Counted from the whole stretch's first letter, positions 1 to 14,020 are shown. The stretch is 63,912 bases of DNA, filler included, from Octopus bimaculoides (GCF_001194135.2; 11 parts of 11 records of this genome joined end to end with filler, not necessarily neighbours in it), one strand, 5' to 3'. The notes: generated by a model from the sequence alone, not told the origin. Numbers and translations are program-made.

Positions 1-225
<225 letters not shown>

Positions 226-645
226 GATAATATATGCAAACAGGTACCGTTATCATCCAAGTTATGTATAACCGCATCGAATGGTAAGGAACAATCTAGG
301 ACTATCCAAGGTAAACAATCCCAATGTATTTCATCTGATGGATAAATCCTGGGTTCGCTTCGTTGGATTATAAAATGTTTATTGTGTGTATATCCATGAC
401 AATTCAAATAAAGAAAGGAGAATACTACATCTCAATTTTTATCATTACAATCAATTATTACACAACATATTTAATTCAAATCTGTCCGACATATGTTTCT
501 GTTGCATGGATATCTCGCAATCTGGTTTACATTTGCATCCAGTTTGTTCATCTCGTTAAGCTTTATTCAAGGTGTTACCACTCTTGTAGCTTGAAATGAA
601 CTAGAAGTATGATGGTTTATTTTTGAGTGCAAAAAGTCTCTCTGG

Positions 646-2018
646 GTCAGAGTCGTCAAGTATGAAATTTGTAGAAAAGAAAAAAAAAAGCTTGCTAATG
701 ATTTATAAATACAGGGAATAGTTTTACTCATCAAAGTATGCACCCATATTGTCAATACACTTTTACTATTTCAGAGGTAGCTTGTCCAGCCAAGAACTAT
801 ATAAGCCTGGCAATCTAGCGTCAATACAATCTTGGACGGCCTGTTTTACAGTATCGTCGGAATAAAACATTTTTTCCTATTAAAAAGTTATCCAAATTCT
901 GGAAGAAGTAGTAGCCAGTGGGGACTAGATCAGATGAGTATGGTGGATGATGGAGAACTTACAATTCCAACTCCTGTAGTTTTGCCAATTTCATTTTTGC
1001 GATGTGTGGTCTGGCGTTGTCTTGCAATAAAATAGGAGTGGATCAACTGATTTGCATGAAATCACTTGCATATTCCAATCTCTGGCCCACAAAGGACCTG
1101 TTACTTCTCTCTCTTCTCAACTGCTACTACTAAGCAGTTTTTTTGTAAGTTTCTGCATCATTTGGTCCAGTTAGCTGCAGTATACTTCGGCCGTGATTGA
1201 TAAGCCAGGTTTAATGAAATCATAGTGGATCACACCTGCGCCAGACCACCAAATACACACCATCAGCTTCTTTTGATGAATTTTGCTTTTTGGACTGTGT
1301 TTTGGTGGCTCGTCTTTGTCCAACTATTGTGCTGAACATTTACGGTTGTTGTATTGGATCCATGTCTCATCACATGTTACAATTCGATTCAAAAATGATT
1401 CATTTTTGAGACGAGAAAGTAGCAAAATGTAGGCTTTCCAAACGTTGCTGTTTCTGATTTTCATTGAGTTTATATGGAACCCACTTATCCAACTTTTNNN
1501 NNNNNNNNNNNNNNNNNNNNNNNNNNNNNNNNNNNNNNNNNNNNNNNNNNNNNNNNNNNNNNNNNNNNNNNNNNNNNNNNNNNNNNNNNNNNNNNNNNNN
1601 NNNNNNNNNNNNNNNNNNNNNNNNNNNNNNNNNNNNNNNNNNNNNNNNNNNNNNNNNNNNNNNNNNNNNNNNNAACGTGTTACTTATTTCTGAGGTCAAA
1701 GTTACCACAACGAAATTTCGCAAACCAATTTGATATCGTCTGTTGTGTAATAACATTAGGATGAAGTACTCCATTAATATTCCGAGCTGTCTGTGACGCT
1801 GTATTTCCAAGAAAGAACTGATATTTCAAAACTGTACGAATTTCCGAGTTATCCATCTCTAAACAAAAATACCAAGCGCAAAATGAGTTAAAATAAAGAA
1901 ATAGGTGTGTCAGCTTTCTAACAAAAAATATTGTCAAAATATAATAATGGCGCAAAATGAGCAGCTGTCAAAGTTTACCATATACCTTACTACAAATTTC
2001 ATACTTGACGACCTAATA
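646..2018 (-). mobile_element. Decayed mariner (DD34D-type) DNA transposon, near full length
   Basis: 23-bp perfect inverted repeat GTCGTCAAGTATGAAATTTGTAG at 652-674 / 1990-2012; right end ...GACCTAATA followed by TA. Minus-strand translation gives an N-terminal HTH (MDNSEIRTVLKYQF...TISNWFAKFRCGNFDL), the WVPYKL linker, RIVTCDETWIQY, LLQDNARPHI, HPPYSSDLVPTGY (third D replaced by G) and C-terminal KCIDNMGAYFDE*. It has stops, a gap and a 90-bp insertion. Confidence 0.92.
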
Positions 2019-2779
2019 TATTATTTCATCCACTAATTTTAAGTGTAGTAAAAAGGAAAACATCTCAGAGATAAATGTGTGCAATTAAGGGTCACTGAGT
2101 TAAATATAATTCAGAAATATGCGATATGCAGAATTTACTTGTGAGGTCAAGATATTGTACGCAATATGTTACAATACTTCGAACTAAAGCGAAATCCAAA
2201 TTTTTAGCTATTCAAATCAACCTTAAATCTGCATGTAGATAATATCCTCGTAGATATAGAATAAATTATTCCATATGTGAAATGTTACATACAAAGAATA
2301 TTAATTATCTGGAAGGCAATTACTACAAGGATATAGGTAAACTAGATGTTGCACTAATATTTACCATGAAAAACTCTTGTACCTCCATTCTTCGTGATAC
2401 TTAATTAAAAATCTTTTCTTGGGAAATATTTGAATGTTTTTCTGTGAAGGTGCGCATATTTTAGGCTAATTCCTGTTTATTACCTAATAACTGGTATTTA
2501 AACGTGAAAATATGGAATATTTTCCAGACATAAAATGCATTTCTTACTCCCGATTACGTAAGGCTCTGCCTCATCTATAATTTCCCATTCTGTATTAAAG
2601 TTAGTGCTTCTATCCTTTAGAAACCGAATAAACTTATCTTGTACTATACATTTTCTCTCTATCATTAACGGAAGCTATATGATTAGCTAGTCTCGCTTTG
2701 AATCTCTTCAATGCAAGATTAGGTAATCATCTAGTGAGATTAGCGAGAGAGAGAGAGAGAGAGAGAGTGAGAGAGAGAG

Positions 2780-2827
<48 letters not shown>

Positions 2828-2984
2828 GTTGGTGCAATCTAACAAGAAAGCACCGACCCAGCAGGCAAAAGGTGGATGGTCCCTATTTACCAGGAAGGTC
2901 AGATATGGTCGAAAAGTTTTCTAAGGTCAAAGTTAACAACATTGTTTTCACTAAACTTCTCTCTCTGTCTCTCTCTCCCTCCTT

Positions 2985-3292
2985 TTAAAGACTCCCAGTA
3001 CAGCTTTCATATGGCCAAATGCATTGATTTCCCAGCAGGCTTGACGAAATTTTGTATAATTCGTGTTTTTGTTGCCATCGAAATCAGCAATGCTTTCGAC
3101 TGAGTCTGGCATATGAATCTCCTGGCAAAACAACTCGCTGTTTCTCGTCCTTTGTGTTGATGGCTTTCTGTTACATTGCACCATGCCAGCATGTGCTAAG
3201 GGGGTCTATCTTTAAGCAGGTGCGCCCTTGGGTTCGGTTTTGTCCCCACGCCGTTCCTCCTACACATCAACAATCTCCTTTTCATCACCTCC
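2985..3292 (+). mobile_element. Non-LTR retrotransposon (CR1/L2/Jockey-like) reverse transcriptase fragment
   Basis: Frameshifted RT motifs: VAIEISNAFD*VWHMNLLAK (cf. DISKAFDxVxH) and AGAPLGSVLSP...FLLHINNL (cf. GVPQGSVLSPxLFxxxINDL). Confidence 0.75.
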
Positions 3293-4272
3293 AGTGATCC
3301 ACATAAAACACTAAGATAAAATATTTTTCGTGTTAATTCAAATGACATTGGAGAGGATTAAAATAAATAGGGGCGGGAGAACACACGAATTTATCAGACA
3401 GCCTAATATACCACAAAGTCGTTTTATTTATTTATTTTTTTTTTTTCAGTAGTAGAAACTTCTCCCCTCGAATCCCAACAACTACTAGCCATCTGAAAAA
3501 CAGAGGTAAGACCCACATTGGAAACCAGCTCGCACAGTTTTGCTACCCACGCACGCATACATACTAAACTGTATCTTAAAAAAAGCTCAATCAACTGATT
3601 TGCATGAAATCACTCGCATATTCCAATCTCTGGCCCACAAAGGACCTGTTACCTCTCTCTCTCTTCTCAACTGCAACTACTGTGACCTCACTGGTTCAAA
3701 GCTAGCTGGACTCAAACCTTCATCACTCGGGCACTCCTACTCATTCATCTCTCCTCTTGTCACAGATATTGTGCATCCCCCACCTCCATCTCATAAGTCT
3801 TCTTCCGCCAGAACGTCGTCCATCTGAGTTTCCTTTCCTGCACATCTTTTCCTGTTATCGTCAACTGTTCAATAATCACACTAACCCTATCGATTTCATT
3901 GGTTTCAAAGACCTGAGATGGCTATGAGCGCAGATCTTTCCTGCTACCCAAATCAATCAGTTATACATCTCCTCCCTCCACACCCACGTCACATACTTCG
4001 GTTCTTCTCTACTCAACCCTACAATATCTCAAACCAAACATCGAACTAAGAACTTAACCCACTCATTCAGCCCCACACCTTCAACTGCCAAAAATACCTT
4101 CCCATTTTATGTTGATAACATTTTTGTTTAGCCCTAGGTCAATCCGGATTAGAAGAATAAAAGTGTTCCAAGTGTGATCATCTGTTTTGGGTTTTTTTAA
4201 TACTTTTTTAATTTTACAAAGTGAGTAAAGGGTATCAGTGACTAACTATATCCAACTTGCTGTTCTTTATAG

Positions 4273-4380
4273 CAGTGCTTCTCAAACTATCAGATGTGGC
4301 GCACCGGCATGTTTTCCACCCCACCCCCCAAATGTGCCAGGGACCGGTAATATTTCTTAGTAATATTAATTTATACTGGA
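4273..4380 (+). mobile_element. hAT (Charlie-like) element terminus, truncated by gap
   Basis: Begins CAGTGCTTCTCAAACT, a typical hAT-Charlie-type TIR start; the other end is not visible. Confidence 0.5.
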
Positions 4381-4504
4381 NNNNNNNNNNNNNNNNNNNN
4401 NNNNNNNNNNNNNNNNNNNNNNNNNNNNNNNNNNNNNNNNNNNNNNNNNNNNNNNNNNNNNNNNNNNNNNNNNNNNNNNNAAATTCTACCACATATGTTG
4501 AAGG

Positions 4505-6130
4505 AAATTATGTAAGAGCTTCTGGGTAAAAAACATTCTTTGTTTTCTGGTTTGGAGCATAGACAAATAAGTTTTGCAAACAACCTACCCTAGAGCAACC
4601 AACATAAAGTTGACCATGAGAAATTCAAGCCAGTAGATTTCAAAAACTGACTTTGAGCTTTATTAATAGACATTGCAAAGCAACGTCACACTAGGAATTG
4701 TGTTCGTTTGAAGTCAAGCGGCATGTCTGTTGGTTTGATTGGAATTCTTGGAATGAGAACCCCTTCCTCATAGGTACATTCAGTGATTATGGTAGCTTTT
4801 GTCACATTAGGTGATAATGCCTTCACAATCAACCTGGTCCCATTGCATAATTTAGGAGGATCTAAATTTCTTAGAAGCATTATTGGGACTCCTACTTTCA
4901 GAAAAAGTTTATGTGGAGAAATTCTAGGTGGCTCAGGAGAACTAAGGAACTCTGTTGAGTAATGGACAGCTTGATTTTCATCAAGGATTGAATCAACTGA
5001 ATGGTACTTTTTAATGACTATTGGAATCTTATTCATTAATTCATGGTTAATCCTTGCTACTGTTTCATTTTTTGGAGTAAGAATTGCCCTTTCACACAAC
5101 CATTTATGTGAATTATAATTATTACTTAAGTCTAGCAATACCCTGTTCTTCAATTCAGTTGGGGAATTCAGCATGACAGCAATATGAGCTAAACTGATGT
5201 CACTATTCCCATCAAATGGTACTTTCCCATTTTCTAATTGGAGGAGCCAGGTTGAAAACTGTTTTGCACATTTTATTTATGCGCCCTTTCAAAGCCTAGC
5301 CAGGCTCATGGGCCCGGTTTCCCGGTTTCTATGGTGTATGTGTTCTCCCCAGCTGGACGGGACGCCAGTCCATCGCAGCGTTACTCAGGAAACGGGAAGA
5401 AAGAGTGAGAGAATGTTGGGGCGAAAGAGTACAACAGGGGTCCCACCACCCCCTGCCGGAGCCTCGTGGAGCTTTAGGTGTTTTCGCTCAATAAACACTC
5501 ACAACGCCCGGTCTGGGAATCGAAACCGCGATCCTCCAACCGCGAGTCCGCTGCCCTAACCACTAGGTCATTGCGCCTTCACTTTTGCACCTTGGTCCCC
5601 ATGTAATGAAGCTCGCACGTTAGTATTGAAGGAGAATTTCAGTACTTCATTCCATAGGTGTGAAGACTTAATGCATGCTTTTATTTCATCAGATCTTGTT
5701 CGTCTCAGAATGACTGATAATGTCTGTCTGAAGTCTCCTGATAAAATGGAGTTATAACTCCTCCCATAAATTTATTGTTGCCTCTGATGTCCTGTAAGGT
5801 CTTACCAAGAGCTTCCATTGCACCTCTGTGTGACATGGTGCATTCATCCCAAATAACAAGGTGGTATTGGCACAACACTTCTACTGAACCTGAAACTTTG
5901 CTTATGTTTACAAATTGAACTGTCATTTGTGACCAGGTTTAGTAGTAATTTAAAAGCAGAATGAACTGTTCGTCCTCCTGGGAGATGGTAGCAGCAAAGC
6001 CAAATAATACTACAACAACTGCAATGCTTTTTTGTTGCCTTACCTTGGAGAGAAGCAATGTTGTTACAAATGTTTTACCTGTGCCACCAGGAGCATCAAG
6101 AAAGAAAATTCATCTGCTTTTTTCTAACGA
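4505..6130 (-). mobile_element. Helitron PIF1-like helicase coding relic, interrupted by a SINE
   Basis: Minus strand gives FLDAPGGTGKTF (Walker A), LVIWDECTMSHR (Walker B), WLCERAILTPKN, HKLFLKVGVPIMLLRNLDPPKLCNGTRL, LIPRIPIKP, FKRTQF and AMSINKAQ; multiple frameshifts and stops. Confidence 0.93.
5270..5582 (-). mobile_element. tRNA-derived SINE (head type D) with V-SINE-like 3' segment and 8-bp TSD
   Basis: Minus strand GGCGCAATGACCTAGTGGTTAGGG (A box) ... GGTTTCGATTCCC (B box); internal GCTGCGATGGACTGGCGTCCCGTCCAG; flanked by TTTTGCAC at 5262-5269 and 5583-5590. The V-domain label is from recall. Confidence 0.85.
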
Positions 6131-6179
6131 TTGTGGAACGGTGCACGCACACACAGTATCAAATATCAGATGAAATGTG

Positions 6180-6180
6180 C

Positions 6181-6242
<62 letters not shown>

Positions 6243-6360
6243 ATGCGAGTGAAGGAGTATGTTGTCATGTATACGTACATACATAAATAAATAAACAGAC
6301 ATCTTTCTTGTATGTATGTGTGCGTGTGTGAGAGAGAGAGAATGACCCTTAGACATATCT

Positions 6361-6397
<37 letters not shown>

Positions 6398-8072
6398 GCT
6401 CACACACACATACATACAAAAAAGATGTATGCATATGTATTTATGTATATACGTGTACATGACAACACACCCCTTCACTCACTCACACACTCAGATACAC
6501 ACACATACATAAATGTATACAAACGTANNNNNNNNNNNNNNNNNNNNNNNNNNNNNNNNNNNNNNNNNNNNTTAATTAATTAANNNNNNNNNNNNNNNNN
6601 NNNNNNNNNNNNNNNNNNNNNNNNNNNCACTGGTAGTAGTTTCAGCTGTGGTGGTTGTAATAGTAATCGTAGTCGTGGTTGTAGTTGTGGTTTATGGTGG
6701 TGGTGGTTTGTTGTCGCTGTGGTGGGGACATAGTGTTTGTAGCACTGGTAGTAGTTTCAGCTGTGGTGGTTGTAATAGTAATCGTAGTCGTGGTTGTAGT
6801 TGTGGTTTATGGTGGTGGTGGTTGTGCTGATGTGATTGTAATGAAGATGTTGACAGTATAGGCAGTGGTGGTGATGGTGGTTATCAGAGGTTGTAGTGGC
6901 AAAGACTGTTGCTGATGTGTGTGTGGTGGAGGGGTGATGGTGATGGCTGTAGTGGCAAGGATAGTAGCCATGGTTGTTGCTGTTGTTGTTGTTGTTGTTG
7001 TAGCAGAGTTGAGGTGGTAGTGGTGGTAGTAATAGTGGTGATGTGGGTGGTTGTGGTTGTGGTTGTGGTGGTGCCAACAGGTAGAGGATTGGAGAGAGAG
7101 CAAAGAAAAAGGAGAGACATTCAGACACACCGACGATGACCACCACCACCACCATCGTAATCATCACCACCATCACTATCATTATCAGAATCATTACCAA
7201 CACCAACCCCACCCACCACCATCCCTGACATCATCATCATTGTCACTATCATCAAGGCAGTACCAGAGAGACCAGTACCACCACCACCACCTCCTCCACT
7301 ACCTTTGGCATTGTCTCCCCTCTTCCCCTAATCCTCCACCTCCTCCTCATCATCATGCTCATCATCATCATCAGCGTGGTCATCATCATCCTCCAGTTGT
7401 TCCTTTAATCATTCATCAATATGTTCTTGTCTCACTCTCCACCCACCACTTTACCCGACCTTCATCCCCTCCCTCCTTTCCTCTTCTTGTCACACATCCC
7501 CCTCCTTCCAGCTTTCCCCTACCCTCTCCCATGCCATGCCCCATCCCCTCCATAAAACTTGACATTTTAATGAGTCTATTCCAATGAATTAAGGATCAGA
7601 TGGGGTCAATTCACAGGGTTAATTTTCCTGGAGTTAATTTTCCCACATTAGCCTCTTGTCTAGTACACACACAAACAGACACACACATATATGCACACAC
7701 ATGTATACACACACATACACACATAGACACATACACACACACATATGCACACAAGCATAGACACACACACAGGCATGCACATATGCACACACACACAAAC
7801 ACACACACACAAACATACACACACAAACATACACACACATATATGCACAAATATATGTATACACAAGCACACACACATACAGGCATGCACATATGCACAC
7901 ACACACAAACACACACACGCACACACACACACACACACAAACAAACACACACACACACGCACACACACGCACACACACACACACACACAAACAAACACAC
8001 ACACAAACACACGCACATATATGCACACATACATGTACACACAAGCACACACACATACAGGCATGCACATAT

Positions 8073-8107
<35 letters not shown>

Positions 8108-9042
8108 TAGGTTCATATCACATGCACACACACACACTCATATAACTACACATAAACACATAACACATGCATTTCTGAAACATTAGATCTGTAAATTTCC
8201 CTCAAAGGTTGGACTGTCACACTTTGTGCCATGGGCTGTCACAACAGCACCATATAAATGTGACATACATTTCCTTTCTATTTACATTTTTAACTGATAA
8301 CAGTTACAAAGTGACTCAGGGGCCGAAAGTTTCGTGCATGGCGCTTACCAAATCTGCTTCAAAGTTAGGGAGGCTGTTTTTCTATAAATTGGTTTACAAT
8401 TATAATTACATTTATCTGCAGAATGTACAAGAAGGTCACATGACTAATATTTTTTACTATTTTTTTTTCTTTGGAAATAGTTTTCCTGTTAAACAGTTCA
8501 ATAAAAACAAATAAACAAATGGAAAATATAAGAATTGAAAATGAAAATAAAAACGAAAAAAGAAAACGTGCACGTGAACACACTCGTGTACGGCCATACA
8601 CGTGCACATACGTAAGTCCACATGCAAAATATACACATCATCATCATCATCATCATCATCATCACCACCACCATCACCACCAGTATCCATGACAAACTCC
8701 ATCTGATGCGCTACATCATAGAAGGGCAGTTAAGGACCTTGGCATGGGTGGGGCACTGATCAATTTGAATCTATCAAATATACACGCACGCACACACATA
8801 TATATTCATATATATATATATGCATATAAAGAGAGGTACAGAGAAAGATACTTAGCTAGCCAGACAGACAGACAGACAGAGAGCCAGACAGACAGGCAGG
8901 CAGGCAGGCAGACAGACAGACAGAAAGACAGACAGGTTGATATATGCACATGTACAAATACACACACACACACACAAATTCTAAGAAAATAGCAAATAAA
9001 GGAATAAATTCTACTCCATGTATTGATTGTTATTTCTTTCTC

Positions 9043-9085
<43 letters not shown>

Positions 9086-9207
9086 TTCTCTCTCCCTCTC
9101 CCTCTTTCTCTCTCTCTCTCTCTTTTTCTGTTAAGTATACGTACAACTTGATATGTGTGTGAGTACATGCATGTGTGTTTGTGCATGCGTATAGGTGTGT
9201 GTACATG

Positions 9208-9251
<44 letters not shown>

Positions 9252-9260
9252 TGTGAGAGA
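6180..9260. repeat. Cluster of microsatellites and low-complexity tracts (GT, GA, GGT/CCA, CA-rich higher-order repeat, CAT, GACA)
   Basis: Directly visible; accounts for the poly-H/T/C/V pseudo-ORFs in the track. Confidence 0.9.
6528..6627. other. Assembly placeholder gap (44N + TTAATTAATTAA + 44N); same linker at 14291, 17250, 21910, 42539, 45168, 53241, 55696, 59359 and 62710
   Basis: The identical 12-mer, with stops in all six frames, is always centred in N runs. Confidence 0.95.
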
Positions 9261-9666
9261 GAGAGAGAGAGAGATTGTCATATCTGCCCCCATAATTTAC
9301 CAAATTAATGGTCCATAAGATATAAAATATATACCTGCCACCCTGAGAGCGACCCATGGGTGGGGCATGAGGCAAAGCAGGACACAGCACCACCACCCTC
9401 CTCCACTCTTACATTACTTTGTCATCATAAACTCCATATTTTGTTTAACACGATCCTTCCCCAACAAAACATACCAAAGTCTTTGATAGTTCCTGCTGTT
9501 TTATTAAGTTATATGAAGTATTTATAGGCAAAGAGGCACCCAACCTCACCAGCCCCCCACACGCACATAAGTACATTGTTACTTCTCACTCTCTCCATCT
9601 CTCTCTCTCTCTATTTTTCTCTGTACACCCCACGCAGAGAAATATGACATGTATAGCTTTGTGTGT

Positions 9667-9702
<36 letters not shown>

Positions 9703-9799
9703 ATATATATACTCACTCACATATATATATGCATGTGCACACACATTATCCTCATCACCATCACCATCATCACCACCACCATCATCATCATCATCACCA

Positions 9800-10087
9800 T
9801 CGTCATCATCATCATCACGTAACGTCTGCTTTCTATGCTGGCATGGTTTGGATGGTTTGACTGGAACTGACAAGGCCATGGCCCACACCAGGCTCCATGT
9901 GAGTGGATTTGGTAGAAGGAAACTGGAAGAAGCCCATCGTATATATGTATATATATATATGTATGTATGTGTGCGTATATGTTTGTGTGTCTGTTTGTCC
10001 CCCCAGCATCACTTGACAACCAATGCTGGTGTGTTTACGTCCCCATAACTTAGCGGTTCGGCAAAAGAGACCGATAGAATAAGTTCT
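9800..10087 (+). mobile_element. RTE-type 3' tail fragment joined to a partial family-A SINE
   Basis: 9800-9890 resembles 11090-11180; 9895-10087 matches the GTGAGTGGATTTGGTAG...ACGTCCCCATAACTTAGCGGTTCGGCAAAAGAGACCGATAGAATAAGT body seen in other copies in this window. Confidence 0.75.
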
Positions 10088-10545
<458 letters not shown>

Positions 10546-10559
10546 AGATCCTACACGTG

Positions 10560-11085
10560 ATGAGTTTTTTCTTGCAATCTCACCTGAACACAATGCAGCT
10601 ATGCATTGTCACTTGGCAACTCAAGCTGATTATAAACAGGTGCATCACTGTACATTCTGGGAGGAAAATCCTGGAACTTTCTGACATCCTCTACAGCACC
10701 AATCTAAAGAAATCTATTGGTTGATGTAACCAAGACATTATTGTCAACAACGGTTAGCATCAGTTGAACCATATTTCTAAAATTGTCAAAAAAGCCAAAG
10801 GTGTTGAGACACCTTTGGCTCAATAAGACCTTTATCTGCCACTCAACCAGCCATCTATTTAAAAGGTATGGGTGGATGTGGTACATCCACACTTACGGTT
10901 TGCAACTCCAATCTGGAACACCTGTCCTGCCCAGAATATCGATCTGCTAGAAGTTGTCTGAAGACATACAACCAGACAAATTCCTTCTATCAGTCACCAT
11001 ATCTTGAACATCTTGATTCTCTGGGCACCAACACAAAATCTTCAAACTTTAGCAGCTGACTTGGTAGAATCCCACAAAATATCAT
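10560..11085 (+). mobile_element. CR1-like LINE, post-RT (thumb/C-terminal) relic
   Basis: VHPHLRFATPIWNTCPAQNIDLLEVV*RHTTRQIPSI (cf. VRPHLEYAxxVWxP...LExVQRRATRxIP) and AADLVESHKI (cf. RxDLIxxYKI). Confidence 0.8.
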
Positions 11086-11390
11086 CATCATCATCATCGT
11101 TTAATGTCCGCTTTCCATGCTGGCATGGGTTGGATGGTTTGACTGAGGACTGGTGAACCAGAAGGCTGCACCAGGCTCCAATCTGATTTGGCAGTGTTTC
11201 TACAGCTGGATGCCCTTCCTAACGCCAACCACTCTGAGAGTGTAGTGGGTGCTTTTTTATGTGCCATTGGCACGGGCAGAGGGGGCTGGCATCGACCATG
11301 ATCGGACGGTGCTTTTTATGTGCCACCAGCCCAGGAGCCAGTCAGCTGGCACTGGCATTGGCCATGCTCGAATGGTACTTTTTAAAATAG
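11086..11390 (-). mobile_element. RTE-type LINE/SINE 3' end with (GAT)n tail
   Basis: Contains GCTGGATGCCCTTCCTAACGCCAACC; minus strand ends AAAGCGGACATTAAACGATGATGATG; internal GGTGCTTTTTATGTGCCA is duplicated. Confidence 0.65.
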
Positions 11391-11600
11391 GTTTCAAATT
11401 TTGGGACAAGGCCAGCAAGTTCACGGGAAGGGGTAAGTTGATTACATCAACCCCAGTACACAACTGGTACTTATTTAATCAACCCTGAAAGGATGAAAGG
11501 CAAAGTCAACCTCAGCAGAATTTGAACTCAAAACATAAAGATGGACAGAATACTGCCAAGCATTTTGCCAGACACTAACAATTCTGCCAGCTCACTGCCT
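11391..11600 (-). mobile_element. tRNA-derived SINE, family B
   Basis: GAGCTGGCAGAATTGTTAG head, GAGTTCAAATTCTGC B box and GACTTTGCCTTTCATCCTTTC body, shared with 20445-20655 and 41700-41912. Confidence 0.8.
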
Positions 11601-11899
11601 TCCGGAAGACCACAAAATTATCCACTGTTTTTCCAACAAGAACTTTGGCCACATTTTTTAATTCAATATTTCTACAACCCATAAATATGCTTCTAAAATC
11701 AAAAAACAACACAGCACCCGTGACTTTCAGAAGCATTTTTTCATGCTCAGAATTGTTGAATCCTGGATAAACTGACCAAGTCAGTTGTTTGTTGTCAGGA
11801 CAATACAAACGTCAAAACTTTATAAACAAAAATAACAACAGATGAGGAAGCATGTCTTTGTATCAAGGGATAACGTGTGATAAGTATAAGGTCACTGGG

Positions 11900-12172
11900 T
11901 GAAGACACGTAGCTTAGTGGTTAAGTCATTCAGCTCACAATTGTAAGGTTGGGAGTTCCATTCCTGGTGGAGCAAGACACTTTATTTCACGTTGCTCCAG
12001 TCCAATCATCTAGCAAAAATGAGTAGGACCTGTTTTTCAAAGGGCCAGCCTTGTCACACTCTGTGTCGCTGAATCTCCCTAAGAACTACGCTAAGGTTAC
12101 ACATGTCTGTGGAGAACTCAGCCACTTGCACAGTAATTTCATGAGCAACCTGTTCCAGATCAACTGGAACCA
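11900..12172 (+). mobile_element. tRNA-derived SINE, family C (CORE-like head + shared 3' module)
   Basis: TAGCTTAGTGGTT A box, GAGCAAGACACTTTATTTCACGTTGCTCCAGTCC, then the GCCTTGTCACAC...GATCAACTGGAACC module shared with 31680-31810, 36470-36780 and 43397-43580. Confidence 0.75.
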
Positions 12173-12817
12173 ACAGAGTGCCAGTTTTCATCATGACCCT
12201 GTCTTCTAGTGAGTCTGATTGTTTTTAAAAAGGGGTACAAATAGGCTAGGGGTTAGATTCATTAATATACATCAAAGAATAGCCAGTTGTTAGGGTAATT
12301 AATTCTAATTACATGAACTAAAGAAGAAACCCTTATGGAGCTGGTCACTCCATCTGCTAGACATAGCAGCTAAATATCCCAGAAGTAATTTTATAAACAC
12401 AAATTTTGGATCAGAAATTAGCAAGAGATCCACTCAAAGGATTTGAACCTTCAAAGTACATGACTCTTGTTTGTTACTGATTATGGAGATAAAGCAGAGC
12501 AGTTAAAAATAGCTGCAAATGGATTTGTGATATCGGATTAGACAAAGGAGATTGACAGGTGGACAGGTGGTTCATATTGTAATTAGTGATGTGGTTACCA
12601 TGCAAGCGGTAGATGATGTCTAAGAGAGTTTCAGGTGGAAACTTGTAGTTGTAAATTCATTCATAAATTAATAACTTTGTTTTTATAAATGTGTGAGTTG
12701 TGTAATAAGATTACGTAGGAAATGGTAAAACATGGGTTATATTCATAGAGTGTTAGCGTATGAGAGAGAGATGGCTAGTGAGGTAGAAGAGAGAAAGATA
12801 GATAGGTAGATAGGTAA

Positions 12818-12849
<32 letters not shown>

Positions 12850-12850
12850 G

Positions 12851-12898
<48 letters not shown>

Positions 12899-13269
12899 AG
12901 AAACAGGCAGAGAAAGTGCAATAGAAGAAAAGAGGAAGTGACAAAATGTAGGAGAATGACAAAGAAGATGAAAAAGAAGAATCATATAATACTGATGGGG
13001 GTGCGAAGAAAGAGAGAGAGAAACAGAGAGAGAGAGAGAGAGAAAAACAGAGAGAGAGAGAGAGAGAAACAGAGAGAGAGAGAGAGAGAGAGAGTACCAA
13101 AGATACACCACACACAAATACACAGATATACATATATATATATATATACATGCATACATACATACACACACCATGCATAAATATTCATATACACATACAT
13201 GCATATATCATCATCATCATCATCGCCATCATCATTTAACATTCATCTTCCAAGCCAGCATGAGTTCTG

Positions 13270-13300
<31 letters not shown>

Positions 13301-13819
13301 GCCTCTTTCTCTCTCTCTCTCACTCTCTCTCTCTCTCACTCTCTCTCACTCTCTCTCTCTCTCACTCTCTTTCTCNNNNNNNNNNNNNNNNNNNNNNNNN
13401 NNNNNNNNNNNNNNNNNNNNNNNNNNNNNNNNNNNNNNNNNNNNNNNNNNNNNNNNNNNNNNNNNNNNNNNNNNNNNNNNNNNNNNNNNNNNNNNNNNNN
13501 NNNNNNNNNNNNNNNNNNNNNNNNNNNNNNNNNNNNNNNNNNNNNNNNNNNNNNNNNNNNNNNNNNNNNNNNNNNNNNNNNNNNNNNNNNNNNNNNNNNN
13601 NNNNNNNNNNNNNNNNNNNNNNNNNNNNNNNNNNNNNNNNNNNNNNNNNNNNNNNNNNNNNNNNNNNNNNNNNNNNNNNNNNNNNNNNNNNNNNNNNNNN
13701 NNNNNNNNNNNTATATATATATATATATATATTTGTATCTGGAATCAGATTCACAGTTAAAACTACAAAGAAAGAAAACTCCGAAAATGAAACCCCTACT
13801 TACTTGAAGTTATCCTTTT

Positions 13820-14020
13820 TTGGGGATCCAAAGCTGAGCAGAAGCCTCCTCGGCCAGAACCCCTGCTTCCGGTCATCCTGTTCTTACTTGGAGACCAGCA
13901 TAGATGCTGTGTCATCGTGTCGTACAGGCGTATGTCACCATAATCCAATCACGGACAGATGCCTCATCACCTGATTTTCCAATAAATAGCAGAACGGTTC
14001 TCAACAGACAGGATGAAGTA
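13820..14020 (-). mobile_element. Degenerate CR1/L2-like LINE fragment
   Basis: Frameshifted DTASMLVSK*EQDDRK...RRL resembling LDYASxVWSP..QD..LExVQRR. Confidence 0.45.

Noticed and set aside
6628-6825. ~80-bp direct repeat with 115-bp period at a gap edge
   Set aside because: Low-complexity GGT-rich sequence beside a gap; ordinary slippage or an assembly overlap.
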